A stretch of DNA of 64,000 nucleotides, from assembly GCA_965240325.2 (NCBI GenBank), contig OZ251248.1:992001-1056000 (forward strand), in the 5' to 3' direction. The first letter of the stretch is position 1, and each line of letters opens with the position of its first letter. Made by a program: the position numbers and the translations under genes. This DNA comes from Rebecca billardiae RCC1528. Lineage: Eukaryota; Protista; Haptophyta. The notes under the pieces were generated by a model. The model was not told the origin of the DNA and made no database searches. It saw nothing but the letters and a program-made list of their open reading frames with translations. Below, in pieces: positions 1 to 11,119 of this stretch.

Positions 1-564
1 GCTCGATCGTGCCAGTTTTGACGGCTGTGTGACCCGTGCAGATGCGCATGCCAGGCAGCGTACTGCGACGAGCGATGACGCGTGCACAAACTACCTGGGC
101 GTTGCCCAGTGCAACCAAGTGCCGGACGCCGACGCCGCTGCTCGCGGCACGCGTGCAGTCAGCTGAGGAATGCACACGACTTCCTTGTTGTTGCGGCGCA
201 CGCGATGGCCTGAGGCGCGGCGGATGCAGTGACTCCGAACGGCGCGCGGCGGAACGACGCAAATGGCTGCTTTTCAGCCGCGCTCAACCACGCGCACCGC
301 CTTCGCTGTCACGCAGCTACCGCAGGAGTGCGCGCAGTCGGCGCCCGTATCGCCCTCCGGCGCCGCCCAGCGCGCTTCAGCGCAGCCGCCAGCGGCAGAG
401 GTTGGTGGTGCTCTGACGGCATCACCAACATATTCGGAAAAGAAAATCCCCACCCGAAATTCCTGCGCCCAGTGGGTCCGCTCACGAAATCGATGCTCTA
501 GGAACGAGTTCTTCGCGTGCGACCGGAGGCGGGAGCCCTCGCGGGTGCGAGCACCGATTTCTGA

Positions 565-1600
565 CCCGCCGGCCTGCGGCCGGGCGGCGGCGAGTGCGAT
601 GCGGGCCAGGGCGCTGCGGGCGCGGATGTGCTCGCGGAGCCGGCGTGCGTGGACGGGCTGTTGCGGGAGAGTATCTGCCGCCATCCTGCGCCGCGCGTCT
701 TGCGCCACGCCTCTTTCGCCTCGGCTCAGGGCAGCGCGCACGGCGCGCGCCGCCTCAACTGGCCAGCCTTGCCTGCGCCGCAGCCGACCGCGCGCGCGCC
801 GTGCGCGGCGTGGTCGGGAAGGAACGGGCGCGGCTGCCGGGCGAGATGACGACATCATGTGCGCACGCCATGCCGCCCCGCCACGCCTTGCCGAGCGTGT
901 CGCCGGTCCGTTTGCACGCCTCTTCGAGTTGTCACAAATGGTGTGCGGCACGGCCTCGCGGTCGTGACCCTTGTCGGGACGATCATTGAGACACAGAACA
1001 GTGCCAGACGGGCAAGCGGGATACTCTTCCATGAATGTTCATCACCGCGTGGTCATGTAGAAGTGCTGGGTGCGACGCTTCCTCGCGCGGATGCACTTTC
1101 ATCATCTTCTTCGAGCTCAGGTCTGGCTTCAGGCACGACTGAAGAAATCAGCACTCGTCAACAGCTGTGCGGATCCGTTATCGTGCCCTTTCGCGGCGCC
1201 GCGGGGCGGCATAGCGTGCGCACATGATGTCGTCATCTCGCCCGGCAGCACCCCCCGTTCCTTTCCGACCACGCCGCGCACGGCGCGCGCGCGGTTGGCT
1301 GCCGGCGCGGCTGTGCTGGCCTCGAGGCGGCGCGCGCGTGCGCGCTGCCCTGAGCCGCGGCGAAAAGAGGCGTGGCGCGAGACGCGCGGCACAGGAGGGC
1401 GCCAGATACTCTCCCGCGACAGCCTGTCCACGCAAGCCGGCTCCGCGAGCACATCCGCGCCCGCAGCGCCGTGCCCCGGGCGCGCCCCGCCAACGGCGCT
1501 CGGCCGCCTTCGCCGCTGCCGCCTGCCGCCGAGGGCAAAAGGTCAAGATTTGGTCGGCCCTCGCCTGCCGAGCCGCCACCGGGGGCTCCCTGCCCTCTAT
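565..1600. mobile_element. Degenerate foldback (long-TIR) non-autonomous DNA transposon, relative of 3718-4826
   Basis: About 600-887 is an imperfect reverse complement of about 1195-1480. The spacer (GTCGTGACCCTTGTCGGGACGATCATTGAGACACAGAACAGTGCCAGACGG...) is homologous to the spacer of 3718-4826 in the same orientation. Outer ends are eroded, so boundaries are approximate. Confidence 0.8.
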
Positions 1601-1764
1601 CTCGTTGCGGCTCAATTTTGGGATTGCGAGACCAGCTCATCGATTGACGCACATCCGCACCCGCGAGACCTGAAAATCTTATTCGCGGGTAGCGACGGGT
1701 GCGTCCTCCGGCTGTTTTTCTTGTATGTCCAAACCGCGGATTCCCAGTGCAGGGGGAACGACCT

Positions 1765-1769
<5 letters not shown>

Positions 1770-1850
<81 letters not shown>
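1770..1850. repeat. (TA)n microsatellite
   Basis: Uninterrupted TA run of about 80 bp. Confidence 0.98.
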
Positions 1851-1851
<1 letters not shown>

Positions 1852-2041
1852 TAATTCTATGATTTAAAGACACAGGCACGCTCGTCTGTACTGCGCGCGC
1901 TCGCCACGTTTGTTCGACCACCAAACCGGGATCGATATTCCGGGACGGACGGTGATCCGGATGATGCGTGACCGGTCGTGACGATGATGCGTCGTGCGCG
2001 CGCACCGGGTCCGCGAGCACCCGCTCGTCAGCTCGAGCCGC

Positions 2042-3277
2042 TCAGTCCCACTCGATGAGCCAGCCCATGTCCAGCCCCGCCAGACTCTCCGGCTCGGAGA
2101 GGAGCGGCTGGCCCCGGGGCCCACTCTCGCAGTGGCAGCGCTGCGCTGCCGCGCTCGGCGCGCGGCCGGCGCGCGGCCGCGCGGCTGCGCAGTCTCCGCG
2201 CGCGCAGGAGGATGCGTCCTCCCCGCCCTTCGTCCCGGGCGAGGCGGCGCCCGCGCCGCCCGCGCGCAGCACGCTACTCTCGCTCGTGCCCCCGGCCCCT
2301 TCGGAGGAGAGCAGCGACGCCTCCGACGCGTGGTCCGGGCCCGCCGTCGCCGCCGACACCGCCGCGCCGCCGGCCGCCTCCTCTGGAAAAGCGAGCAGGT
2401 CGAGGAATTCAAACGCAGCCGCCGCGTCGACGGTGGCGGTGCCGTCGGCGGCGGCGCGCGGCGCGTCGGCGGCGGGCGTGGGTGGTGGCCGAACGGGGGC
2501 GCCGCCGACCGCCATCGCCACCACGGTCGCCGCGCCCTCCGCCGACGCCGAGCCCAAAGTGGCGGCAGAGCCGGCGGCGCTCGCGGCGGCGGACGCCGGA
2601 GGCACGCCGGCGCCGGCCGCGACCAGCGCGGACGGCGAGAGCGGCGCGCACGCGGGCGTGAGCGGGACGCCGACAACGGGGATGATGGGCACGACGCTCG
2701 CCGCGGGGACCGCCGCCGCCGCCGCCGGGGCCGCCGCGCCCGCGGTCGCGGCGATCAGCTTCTCCCAGCCCGCAGGCAGAGTCGTCAGGTCGACGACGGC
2801 GGACGCGGCGCCGGCAAGCGCCGTCGGCGGGTCGCCGCAAAAGTCGATGGTCTTGGTCGAGAGCTGGAGCGAGCGCGACTGCTCGAGCGCGAGGTAGTCC
2901 TTGCGCCACCGCTGCCGCCGGTTCTGGAACCACACCTGCACCTGCCGCGGCTTCACGCCGAGCATCGTCGAGACCTGGTGAATGGCGCCCTTGCTCGGCC
3001 GCGGCGACGAGGTGAAGACGGCCTCGAGCAGGCTGTTGTCCTGGGCGGTGACGCGCCAGCGCGTGCGCCCGCTCGCGCCTGGCGCCCGCGGCCCACGCCC
3101 GCCGCCCGTCTCCGACGGCGCATCATCCGCGTCCGCGGCGGCGTCGTTCGCGTCGCCGTCTGCGAGCGTCTCATCCTCCACGTCGTCCGCGGGCGCCGGC
3201 AGGAGCGGCGCGGGCGCCGCGGCCGGGCTGGGCTCGGGCGAGAGGGCGAGCGGGGCGTGTGCTGTGGCCGATGCCAT
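2042..3277 (-). CDS. Homeodomain transcription factor (non-TALE, Q50 class), single exon
   Basis: The ORF contains GRTRWRVTAQDNSLLEAVFTSSPRPSKGAIHQVSTMLGVKPRQVQVWFQNRRQRWRK, with R5, L16, F20 and the WFQNRR helix 3. First in-frame ATG is at 3277 (MASATAHAP). Confidence 0.9.
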   Translation of the reverse strand: MASATAHAPLALSPEPSPAAAPAPLLPAPADDVEDETLADGDANDAAADADDAPSETGGGRGPRAPGASGRTRWRVTAQDNSLLEAVFTSSPRPSKGAIHQVSTMLGVKPRQVQVWFQNRRQRWRKDYLALEQSRSLQLSTKTIDFCGDPPTALAGAASAVVDLTTLPAGWEKLIAATAGAAAPAAAAAVPAASVVPIIPVVGVPLTPACAPLSPSALVAAGAGVPPASAAASAAGSAATLGSASAEGAATVVAMAVGGAPVRPPPTPAADAPRAAADGTATVDAAAAFEFLDLLAFPEEAAGGAAVSAATAGPDHASEASLLSSEGAGGTSESSVLRAGGAGAASPGTKGGEDASSCARGDCAAARPRAGRAPSAAAQRCHCESGPRGQPLLSEPESLAGLDMGWLIEWD

Positions 3278-3717
3278 GCGGACGGCGAGCGCTGTCGGCG
3301 GCGTCGAGGGCGTCGCGTGGGGCGGAGCCCGTGGCGGAGGCTCGCGGTCGAGCTCGGGGTTCGAAGGTCGGCCCCGACGGCGACGATGAATGAAGGTCGC
3401 GAAGGGCCAGCCCCGGCGACGGGGCAACCAAGGGGGGGGGGGGGGGTTCTCTGGTCGGTTCTTTGCGAAGTGCGCCTAGAATTCCCTCCCGATTCCGCAC
3501 CCGCGCGACCGATGCGCGAGCGGCACGGTCACTTGATGAGGTTTTGGGTACACGATGTTGTCCGCTTTTCTAAAGCGCTGATCCTGTGATCCTGGTGTTT
3601 TACCCAATTACTTGCATAGCTCGTATCACTTCGCTCAGAGCCCATATCATCATAGCAGATTCATTAGGCAAGAGCGAACGACGTCGCTCCCAAACCCACG
3701 AGAGCAGAGGGATCAGG

Positions 3718-4826
3718 CAAGGGAGTCAAGGGTGCCCGCGCCCCAGTGGCGCGCTCGGCGGATGTTGGGATACACCTTTTTGCCCGCGGCCTGCGGCGGG
3801 CGGCGGCGAGGGCGTGCTCCGCTGGCGGGGCGAGCGCACGGGGCACGGCGCTGCGGGCGCGGATGTGCCCGCGAAGCCGGCGCGTGCGGACGGGCTGCTG
3901 CGGGAGAGCATCCGGCGCCCTCCTGCGCCGCGCGACTTGCGCCACGCCTCTTTCGCCTCGGCTCAGAGCAGCGCGCACGCACGTGCCGCCTCAAGGCCAG
4001 CCTTGCCGCGCCGCAGCCGGCCGCGCGCGCGCCGTGCGCGGCGCGGTCGGGAAGGAACGGGCGCTGCTGCCGGGCGAGATAGCGAAGGCATGTGCGCACG
4101 CCATGCCGCCCCGCGGCGCCTTGATGAGCGTGTCGTCGGTCTGTTTGCATGCCTCTTCGACTTGTTACCAATGGGGTGCACGACCTCGCGGTCGTGACCC
4201 TTGTCGGGACGATCATTGAGACACAGAACAGTGCCAGACGGCCACGCGGGCTACTCTTGCATGGATGTTCATCACTGCGTGGTCATGCAGAAGTGATGGC
4301 TGCGAGGCTTTCCTCGCGCTGATGCTCTTTCATCATCTTCTGCGAGCTCAGGTCTGGCTTCGTGCACGACAAGTGATCAGCACTCGTCAACAGCTGTGCG
4401 GATCCGTTCTCGTGCTCTTTCGCGGCGCCGCGGGGCGGCATGGCGTGCGCACATGCCTTCGCTATCTCGCCCGGCAGCAGCGCCCGTTCCTTCACGACCG
4501 CGCCGCGCACGGCGCGCGCGCGGCCGGCTGCGGCGCGGCAAGGCTGGCCTTGAGGCGGCACGTGCGTGCGCGCTGCTCTGAGCCGAGGCGAAAGAGGCGT
4601 GGCGCAAGTCGCGCGGCGCAGGAGGGCGCCGGATGCTCTCCCGCAGCAGCCCGTCCGCACGCGCCGGCTTCGCGGGCACATCCGCGCCCGCAGCGCCGTG
4701 CCCCGTGCGCTCGCCCCGCCAGCGGAGCACGCCCTCGCCGCCGCCCGCCGCAGGCCGCGGGCAAAAAGGTGTATCCCAACATCCGCCGAGCGCGCCACTG
4801 GGGCGCGGGCACCCTTGACTCCCTTG
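3718..4826. mobile_element. Non-autonomous foldback DNA transposon with 403-bp TIRs and 7-bp TSD (P/Galileo-like)
   Basis: 3718-4120 is a near-perfect reverse complement of 4424-4826. Termini are CAAGGGAGTCAAGGG...CCCTTGACTCCCTTG. GATCAGG is duplicated at 3711-3717 and 4827-4833. The spacer is 303 bp with no transposase. Confidence 0.92.
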
Positions 4827-6820
4827 GATCAGGTCTATGATCTCCGCAGTCCAAGCTTTGGGGTGGGTTCGCCGAAAGTTAACAGTTTGAACTTCGAGCT
4901 GGTAATTAGCTAGTAAAGTGGGAAGCCTGTTTGACGAGGCTCCGCGCCGACGACGCCGCTTCGATTATTGAACGACGAATACGGTGATGCAGCCGAGGGG
5001 CGATGCATCGCATCTGAATCGGCGGATTACCGGATTCACCATATTCGGCACCATTACAGGTAGTACTCATCCACTACTCACTCTTGCATGCAGTCGCGAT
5101 CTACCCTATGAGTTGGGAAGTGTGCCCCACCGCGCTTGGCCGCGCCGCGGAGCGTGTGATGACGCAAGCATCGCGTGTAGTCAGCCAGCGCGTAGTACTC
5201 TACTACTAGTAACGGTGCCAACGGCACGACCGTTTTTGACCACCACGGTTGTTCTAAGACACATCTGACTGAAGTCGGTTCCGCGTGGCAGCAGCGAGCC
5301 AAGAGCCGCCTAGCTCTTGGCGTCCTGTCGGTGAGGTGATGCCAGCCAGCTAACCTCGGTGATGTGTGCTTTCCTTCTGGTCGACCGGCCTGAGAGGTTG
5401 ACTACGTAAGGCGCCAACCAATCAATAGTCGCTGAGCCTGAGCACTGATCAGTTGCGGACCTGCGGTAGTGCCAGCGCGGCGCCCAGCAGCGGCCATCAC
5501 TCAGCACGACTTCGCGGGTAGTCGGCACCGGCCTAGCTTCGGGCACGTCGACTCGTCATTTCCGCTCAGGTGCACAGGTCTGCCAAGGCGCCAAGCTGCC
5601 AACCGGGCTGTGGTGCGGGGTGCCTGTACCCGGGATGTCCTGACTTGATCGGACGCCCTGGCCCGAGGCCCCCGAGGTGTGTGTGCCACGCAGCGGCAGA
5701 GAATGGAAGCAGTGCGCGCATGCGCTAAGACCGTTGCAGAGCCCATACGCGTTGGAGTGGCGGGCGGGCGACCCACCGCGCCGTAGTAAGCGCGCTACAA
5801 CCACCGATGTTGCCACCCGGGTGCCCAGACCTTGGTGCAGCGTTGCACGGTTCTCAGGGCCGTTCACCGCGCGCATTAGGCGTGCACTGCCCGTCATATA
5901 TCTTGCGCGTGATTTACTCCGATGATTTGCATCAGCCTGGACGGCGAGTCTGTGGATGCCTACGTGTACAGTATGGCCTGCGAGCACGTGCGCCAACCGG
6001 TCGGCACGGGGCACTACTAGACCCACAGGGGCCGCCGCCTCCGGCAGTTCGCCACTGGCTCGGACTCACGGATGCACAGAATAAGAACTCCGGAAGTGAA
6101 AAGTCCATATCATCATAATAATCCAAATCGCCGGACGGATTGGACGGCGGCTGGCGGCGGCCGGATGGCGCTGGCCTGGGTGCACTGCTGCTGCTGCCAC
6201 ACGCGCACGTGCTTGGACGGCCAACGAGCTCGGCCTGCTGGGCCTTTCAACTTCAAGGCACTAGGCAGCAGCTGCTCCAATTGCCACAGTCACCTCTGAC
6301 GCGGCTCTGGCTCCGGTTGACCCCTGCCAGTCCGGTCATAGAAACCGGGCGTACCGAAAATGATCTTCGCATTCCTGCGGCCGAATGAACGCCCGAAGTG
6401 TCCCACAGGGCCCCAAGTAGGGTTGCTATGGATGGCCAATAAGTGCACGCAAGGGTGTGATGAAACTCAGTTTGTGACTACTTCAGACTCTATTTTTCAT
6501 AGCTGTTTACCCAGTCCGGTGACATATTTCCAATAGCTACGGGTGCATCCGGATCGCTCCCGGACCGTGTTCTGACCAGAGTCTGAAATGGGTAAATACA
6601 TATAATACAAACACTGTGCCCTGGCGGGCGGGGGGGTCGGCGGGCCGTGCCAGTGCTGTCGCAATATTTCCCCAGCGGGTTCGCGTCTTTTAGTGGTTTT
6701 ACCGGCATAGGATGACGAATATAATAACGCGACATACAGATGATGGTGAGCTAGCTCACTGACGAATAATAACGCGACAGATGACTCTGGTGAGAGCTCA
6801 CTGACAGTGTGATTGCGCGT

Positions 6821-7408
6821 CTATTCGTGCATCACCCACTGCGCTATTTCCTCCTGCCGCCTGAGCTGAGATCGTTCGTGTGTCGCGAGGATTCCGATGT
6901 CCGCTCCGGGCACGATGGGCTCGGCGAAGATCGCGTTGGCGTCGTTCACGGCCGCCACGCTGCGCAACAGCGGGTCCAGGTCCAAGCGCTCGTCGGCGCT
7001 CGCCGCTCCGCGCGACAGGTCCGGCACCCGCACGTTCGGCGGTATCAGGAGCTGTCGGTGGTGCGCGCGCGCGCAGTGCGAGAGCGTGTGCCACTCGCGA
7101 TCGAGGGTGGGCACGCGCTGCTCGAGCAGGCACAGGAAGCGCAGCGCATGCGTCACCGGCTTCACGACGTCGGCCTCGTCCCGCAGCGCCCGTGCCATGG
7201 TGGAGGATGGGGCGGCGATCTTGCACGCGCGACGTTTCATCTCGTCGCGGATGCGCATCTGGGATCGGTGATAGCGCGCTGTCGCCTCAGTCGCCGACTC
7301 GCCAAGACGCGATTCCGGCCACGGCGGCAGAACCGGCAGGTGCGTGCGGTGCGCGTCGTACGCCGCTTCGCGCTGCGCCTCCGTCGCATTGGTCACCGTC
7401 GACGCCAT
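6821..7408 (-). CDS. Hypothetical 195-aa protein carried by repeat family F
   Basis: ATG at 7408 (MASTVTNATEAQREAAYDAHRTHLP...). The N-terminal ~116 codons are colinear and free of indels in the second copy at 16975-17327. No recognised domain. Confidence 0.45.
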   Translation of the reverse strand: MASTVTNATEAQREAAYDAHRTHLPVLPPWPESRLGESATEATARYHRSQMRIRDEMKRRACKIAAPSSTMARALRDEADVVKPVTHALRFLCLLEQRVPTLDREWHTLSHCARAHHRQLLIPPNVRVPDLSRGAASADERLDLDPLLRSVAAVNDANAIFAEPIVPGADIGILATHERSQLRRQEEIAQWVMHE

Positions 7409-7855
7409 GCAGGCCGGACGTGGGCCCTCAATTGATCGCTCGCTCTGGAACACCAACGATCGTAGCAAACGGATTTGCATGCGCCCGACATTGCCAACCG
7501 GGGCACGCGACAGTCCGGTGCGCGGATTCCGGCGATCGAGTTCAGAAGGCCGCGCCAAATCTTGCGTCGCTTGCGATGGAGCTTCCCGCCCGCGAGACAC
7601 CTCGTGATGAGGGCCTTTCCGCACCGAGCCCGACGCGCGGCGGTGGATCGCGCGAGGCGGCCATCGTGCGCAGCGCCTGATGTTATGGCCGGTGCGAGCG
7701 TTCGACGTGCACGTCGGGCGAGGATCGCCCCAAGTCGCACGATCGTGTCGACGCGCCGAGCGTACCGCATCAAACGGGTCGATTTCGCCCCCGTTCGACC
7801 TGCACGCGAGACGACGAGGGCAGCAAACGCGAATCGGGCGAAAACACGTCTCGGG

Positions 7856-8054
7856 CAAGGCAATGGCGTTCCCGGGATCATGCCACACGCTCCTGAAAGC
7901 AATGCCCCCCCCTGGGGGGGGCATTGCTACCGGCCCTGGCGCGGGCCATAATCAAATGTACCCGCTTTAAATAGAGGAAGCAAATTTCAATATTCTGAAC
8001 GCGGTTCGATTTGCCGTATGACCAGTGCGGGGAACGCCCCTGGAGTGTCCCTTG
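7856..8054. mobile_element. 199-bp MITE with CAAGG..CCTTG ends and 7-bp TSD
   Basis: TCTCGGG is duplicated at 7849-7855 and 8055-8061. The element is absent from the homologous site in copy 2 (single TCTAGGG near 17812). Internal perfect palindrome at 7898-7928. Confidence 0.88.
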
Positions 8055-10514
8055 TCTCGGGAATCCCCGCGCGATGTCCGCGCCGGCGTTGGATTTGGCG
8101 CGCGCGGCCCACGCGCTCCGCGCCACCCGGTACTGTGTTTTCGGCCGAGCGTCCCCAGTCAGTGGGAGAGCCGCTGCGAGGGCGCCCGGTAGTGAGCGAA
8201 GCGATTTTCTTTTCTTGGCAAGGCGATTTTACACCTTACAATGCTACGAACTTCCGAGTTTTTGAGAATTTCTCAAAGAAGCGCAGATCGGATATGTGAT
8301 CACAACAGATCGTGCGAGATTGCGTGCAGCAGCCAATGAACAACCTCAGGCAATGCACTCGTAAGAACTAATGACAACTTAATGGTCATTAAAAACGCAG
8401 AATTCTCACAAGAACAACTATAGCTGTAATCCACACAGTCTTCGCGCCACCGCTTCTTCTTAATCACCATATGCAACATGTATGCAAGTTAGAAAACAGC
8501 GCACATATATAATATCAATACAACTCATCAATCAGGGACGATGGGGCTGCACAGATATTGTAAGGTATAGGAAGAATCTAAGCAATCAGCAGCCTTGTAA
8601 TGCATTAACTATTAAGAAAAACGGGTGTTACTACGTCCGAACACCTAGTATCAGCAGTATCATACCTGGCGGAACAACACGCTCCTCGCGAATCTTCCGA
8701 GGGTCCACTTGTTAATGACAGATTCACGTGAACCCTCTCGCCCTCATCAAACCATTCACCATAAACCGATTCACAGCTACACTTATCAACTAACGCTGAG
8801 GAGCAGGTTCGGTAGGCCACGACAGGTTGCACGGGAAACTGACCTTGGTGTTACATTCCGGCCCTCATAGAATTAGTAGACGAGATTAGTACCCGCCCAG
8901 TACCGTCCTACAGTATCGTACTCGTGATCACCTCCCAGTGGGAGGGAGGTGATCACGAGTCCGAGTTCGGCCGTGCTCACTCGAGCTGCGAGGGCGCCCG
9001 GTAGTGAGCGAAGCGATTTTCTTTTCTTGGCAAGGCGATTTTATTTTATTTTTCGTCTTTTTCTTATCTTTTTCCCGGGCACTACAAGGGGCGGACCTAC
9101 GGCCCGCCACTACAACGTACAAGGGGCGGACCTACGGCCCGCCATAGAGTCTTGAGGAAGTGCTTGTCGGCCCAATATCGCTCTTGAAGTCATCGGCATT
9201 AATCTAGGCATCATCCTAATTGAGGTCCTCCTGTGCAGTTTTCACGAGTGACTTCATGAAGGAGCTCGTCACAGTGCCCGTCTCTGGCACGGGGGTCAAC
9301 CGAAGCCAGAGCCACGCAGCAGCAGCGGCGGCAGCAGCAGCAGCAGCAGCAACAGCAGTCGGACGCGCCATGCGGCTGCGGTGCGGGACCTTGCCGGCCC
9401 CAATCAATGATGAGAAGCAGCAGTGGCGCACCGCGCCGCAGCACGGCCTGACGCTGCCGCTCCGGGCGGGCGGCCCTGAGGCTACGCCTAGTCAGTCAAG
9501 TGACCGTCACGTGAGGCTACGCCTTCGTCACTGGTACTGCCAGTGTGGCAGCGCGAGTGCGCGACCACTCACCACTGATTCGCGGGCCAGGCGTACGTTG
9601 CCGAACGCTGCGCTGCTCAGTGAGCGTGACGCGGCGGCTCCGGCGGCGCCAGGCGCCGCCAGTGAGCCAGTGACGCGCTGACCTGCCCGGCAGCCGGCAA
9701 GCGAGGCCAAGTCCGTACTAGTTAGTATCGAACCGTACTAGCTAGGAGTAGACACTACGTAGCGCCCGGCGGTACGTCGTGTCGGCTACCGTGACTCGGC
9801 TCCGTCCTTGCCGCGCCGAGCGCGGAGCGGGCGGTCATGCGGCGATGCGCCATGCGCCATGAGTGAGCTTGGCGCACGGTGACTCGCCTCCGAGGTCACT
9901 CGGACCGGGTCACGAGTCCCAAGGTAGTGCTGGTCCACGGTAGTCTCTGACCGTAGAGGCACCCTTGCCCCTCCCTGCAATGGCCGAGTCAGTGTGCCAT
10001 CCCGCAGCGCTGGCGTTGACGCCAACCTGCCCAGGCCGGTCGTCGCGCGCCCGCGTGATCGTGACACGCCACATCCGCAAAGCGGCCGTAGACGGTACGG
10101 TTAGATGCACGGGGCGGCCGTGATGTGGGCTCGACGGCGACTACACTACACGCGGCAACACGCTGCTCCCAGCCTGGCTGTATTCGTGCACTCTGAATGG
10201 CGCCGCGCTGTCGCCACGCAGATGGCCCGTGTGAGAGCATGGAACATTGGAACCGTAGAGTGGAACGGACAGCAGGTGGCACACGCAAGTAACAGCATCC
10301 ACGCCCGCATTTTCGGATGCGCCGTGTGCTGTGGTCTCAGGGAAGCTCTAAGGCATGCCTCTGCCCTGAGCAACCCGGTGGACTAAGAGGTGGGGGCCGT
10401 GGTGAGAGGACAACCTCCCCTGCACCGCCGGCTACAAGCGTGAGCGGCGATTCCGCGCCCACCTCCAGGGTTGGGGAGCAGTCCGGACAACGGCCTTGAT
10501 CCGGAAGCGGGGTA

Positions 10515-11119
10515 TGGAGCGCTCGTTGGAACTTGACGCCGGTTTGGCGCCCGCGCGGCGAGGGCGACGACGGGCGTACACGGGGCCCGCGGCGGCGGGA
10601 AGCGCGCGGGCGCGGCCGAGAACGGCACGGTCCGGACGCCTCTCGCCAGCCGCGGACGCGCACCGCGCCTCCTCCTCGCACGCTGCTAACTTGATCCGGG
10701 TTGAACGGTGGTTTTGCTGCCGACCAGCTCAAGTTCCACGGCTGGTCAAGGTTCGGCTTGCGACCTCGCCGCTGGTGCTTGCAAGAAGGTACACGAGTTG
10801 GTCGAACTCCCACGCACCCGCTCTGCGCTCGTCGACGCCCTCTGAAGGTGACTCGGGGTGCATGCCGGGCAGTGGAATGCAGTGGTTCGGCGTTGCCTCT
10901 CAGTCGTCCAGCGCGTAGGCCATGTAGCGCGGGTGTGGTGCGCGCATGGCCCGGTAATTCGGTCGCGGCATGTCTGTCTGGGCTGCCCAAGGCCTGCCGC
11001 ACCGCAAAGCGAGCGCTCAGGAGCGTGTGCCGACCGTGCCAGCCCCGCCGAGATGGGGCACTTCGCTGGGAAATGCGGTGTCAAGTTCCAAGCCCCGCCA
11101 AGTTCCAACGAGCGCTCCA
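10515..11119. mobile_element. MITE with 21-bp TIRs and probable TA TSD (Tc1/mariner-like)
   Basis: TA|TGGAGCGCTCGTTGGAACTTG at 10513 and CAAGTTCCAACGAGCGCTCCA|TA at 11099-11121. Additional internal CAAGTTCCA copies near 10730 and 11082. Confidence 0.7.

Larger units (their letters stand above)
6615..9144 (+). mobile_element. Dispersed repeat family F, copy 1 (putative non-autonomous rolling-circle-type element with nested insertions)
   Basis: Colinear homology with 16562-18069 from TGCCCTGGCGGGCGGGGGGGTCGG to the ...GGCGGACCTACGGCCCGCCA|T hairpin end. The 5' boundary is approximate. Confidence 0.75.

Noticed and set aside
1070-1867. ORFs with poly-IY, poly-CV or poly-HT tracts (also 26317-26956, 43238-44017, 47081-50399)
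   Set aside because: They are translations of TA, GT or CA microsatellites.
5640-6030. Decayed coding fragment (SLDGESVDAYVYSM, faintly gamma-glutamylcyclotransferase-like)
   Set aside because: Multiple stops and only one short resemblance; cannot be supported without a search.
6150-9450. Weak inverted similarity between about 6300-6335 and about 9285-9315 (CTCTGGCTxCGGTTGACCCC)
   Set aside because: A real but short match; boundaries and element identity could not be defined.
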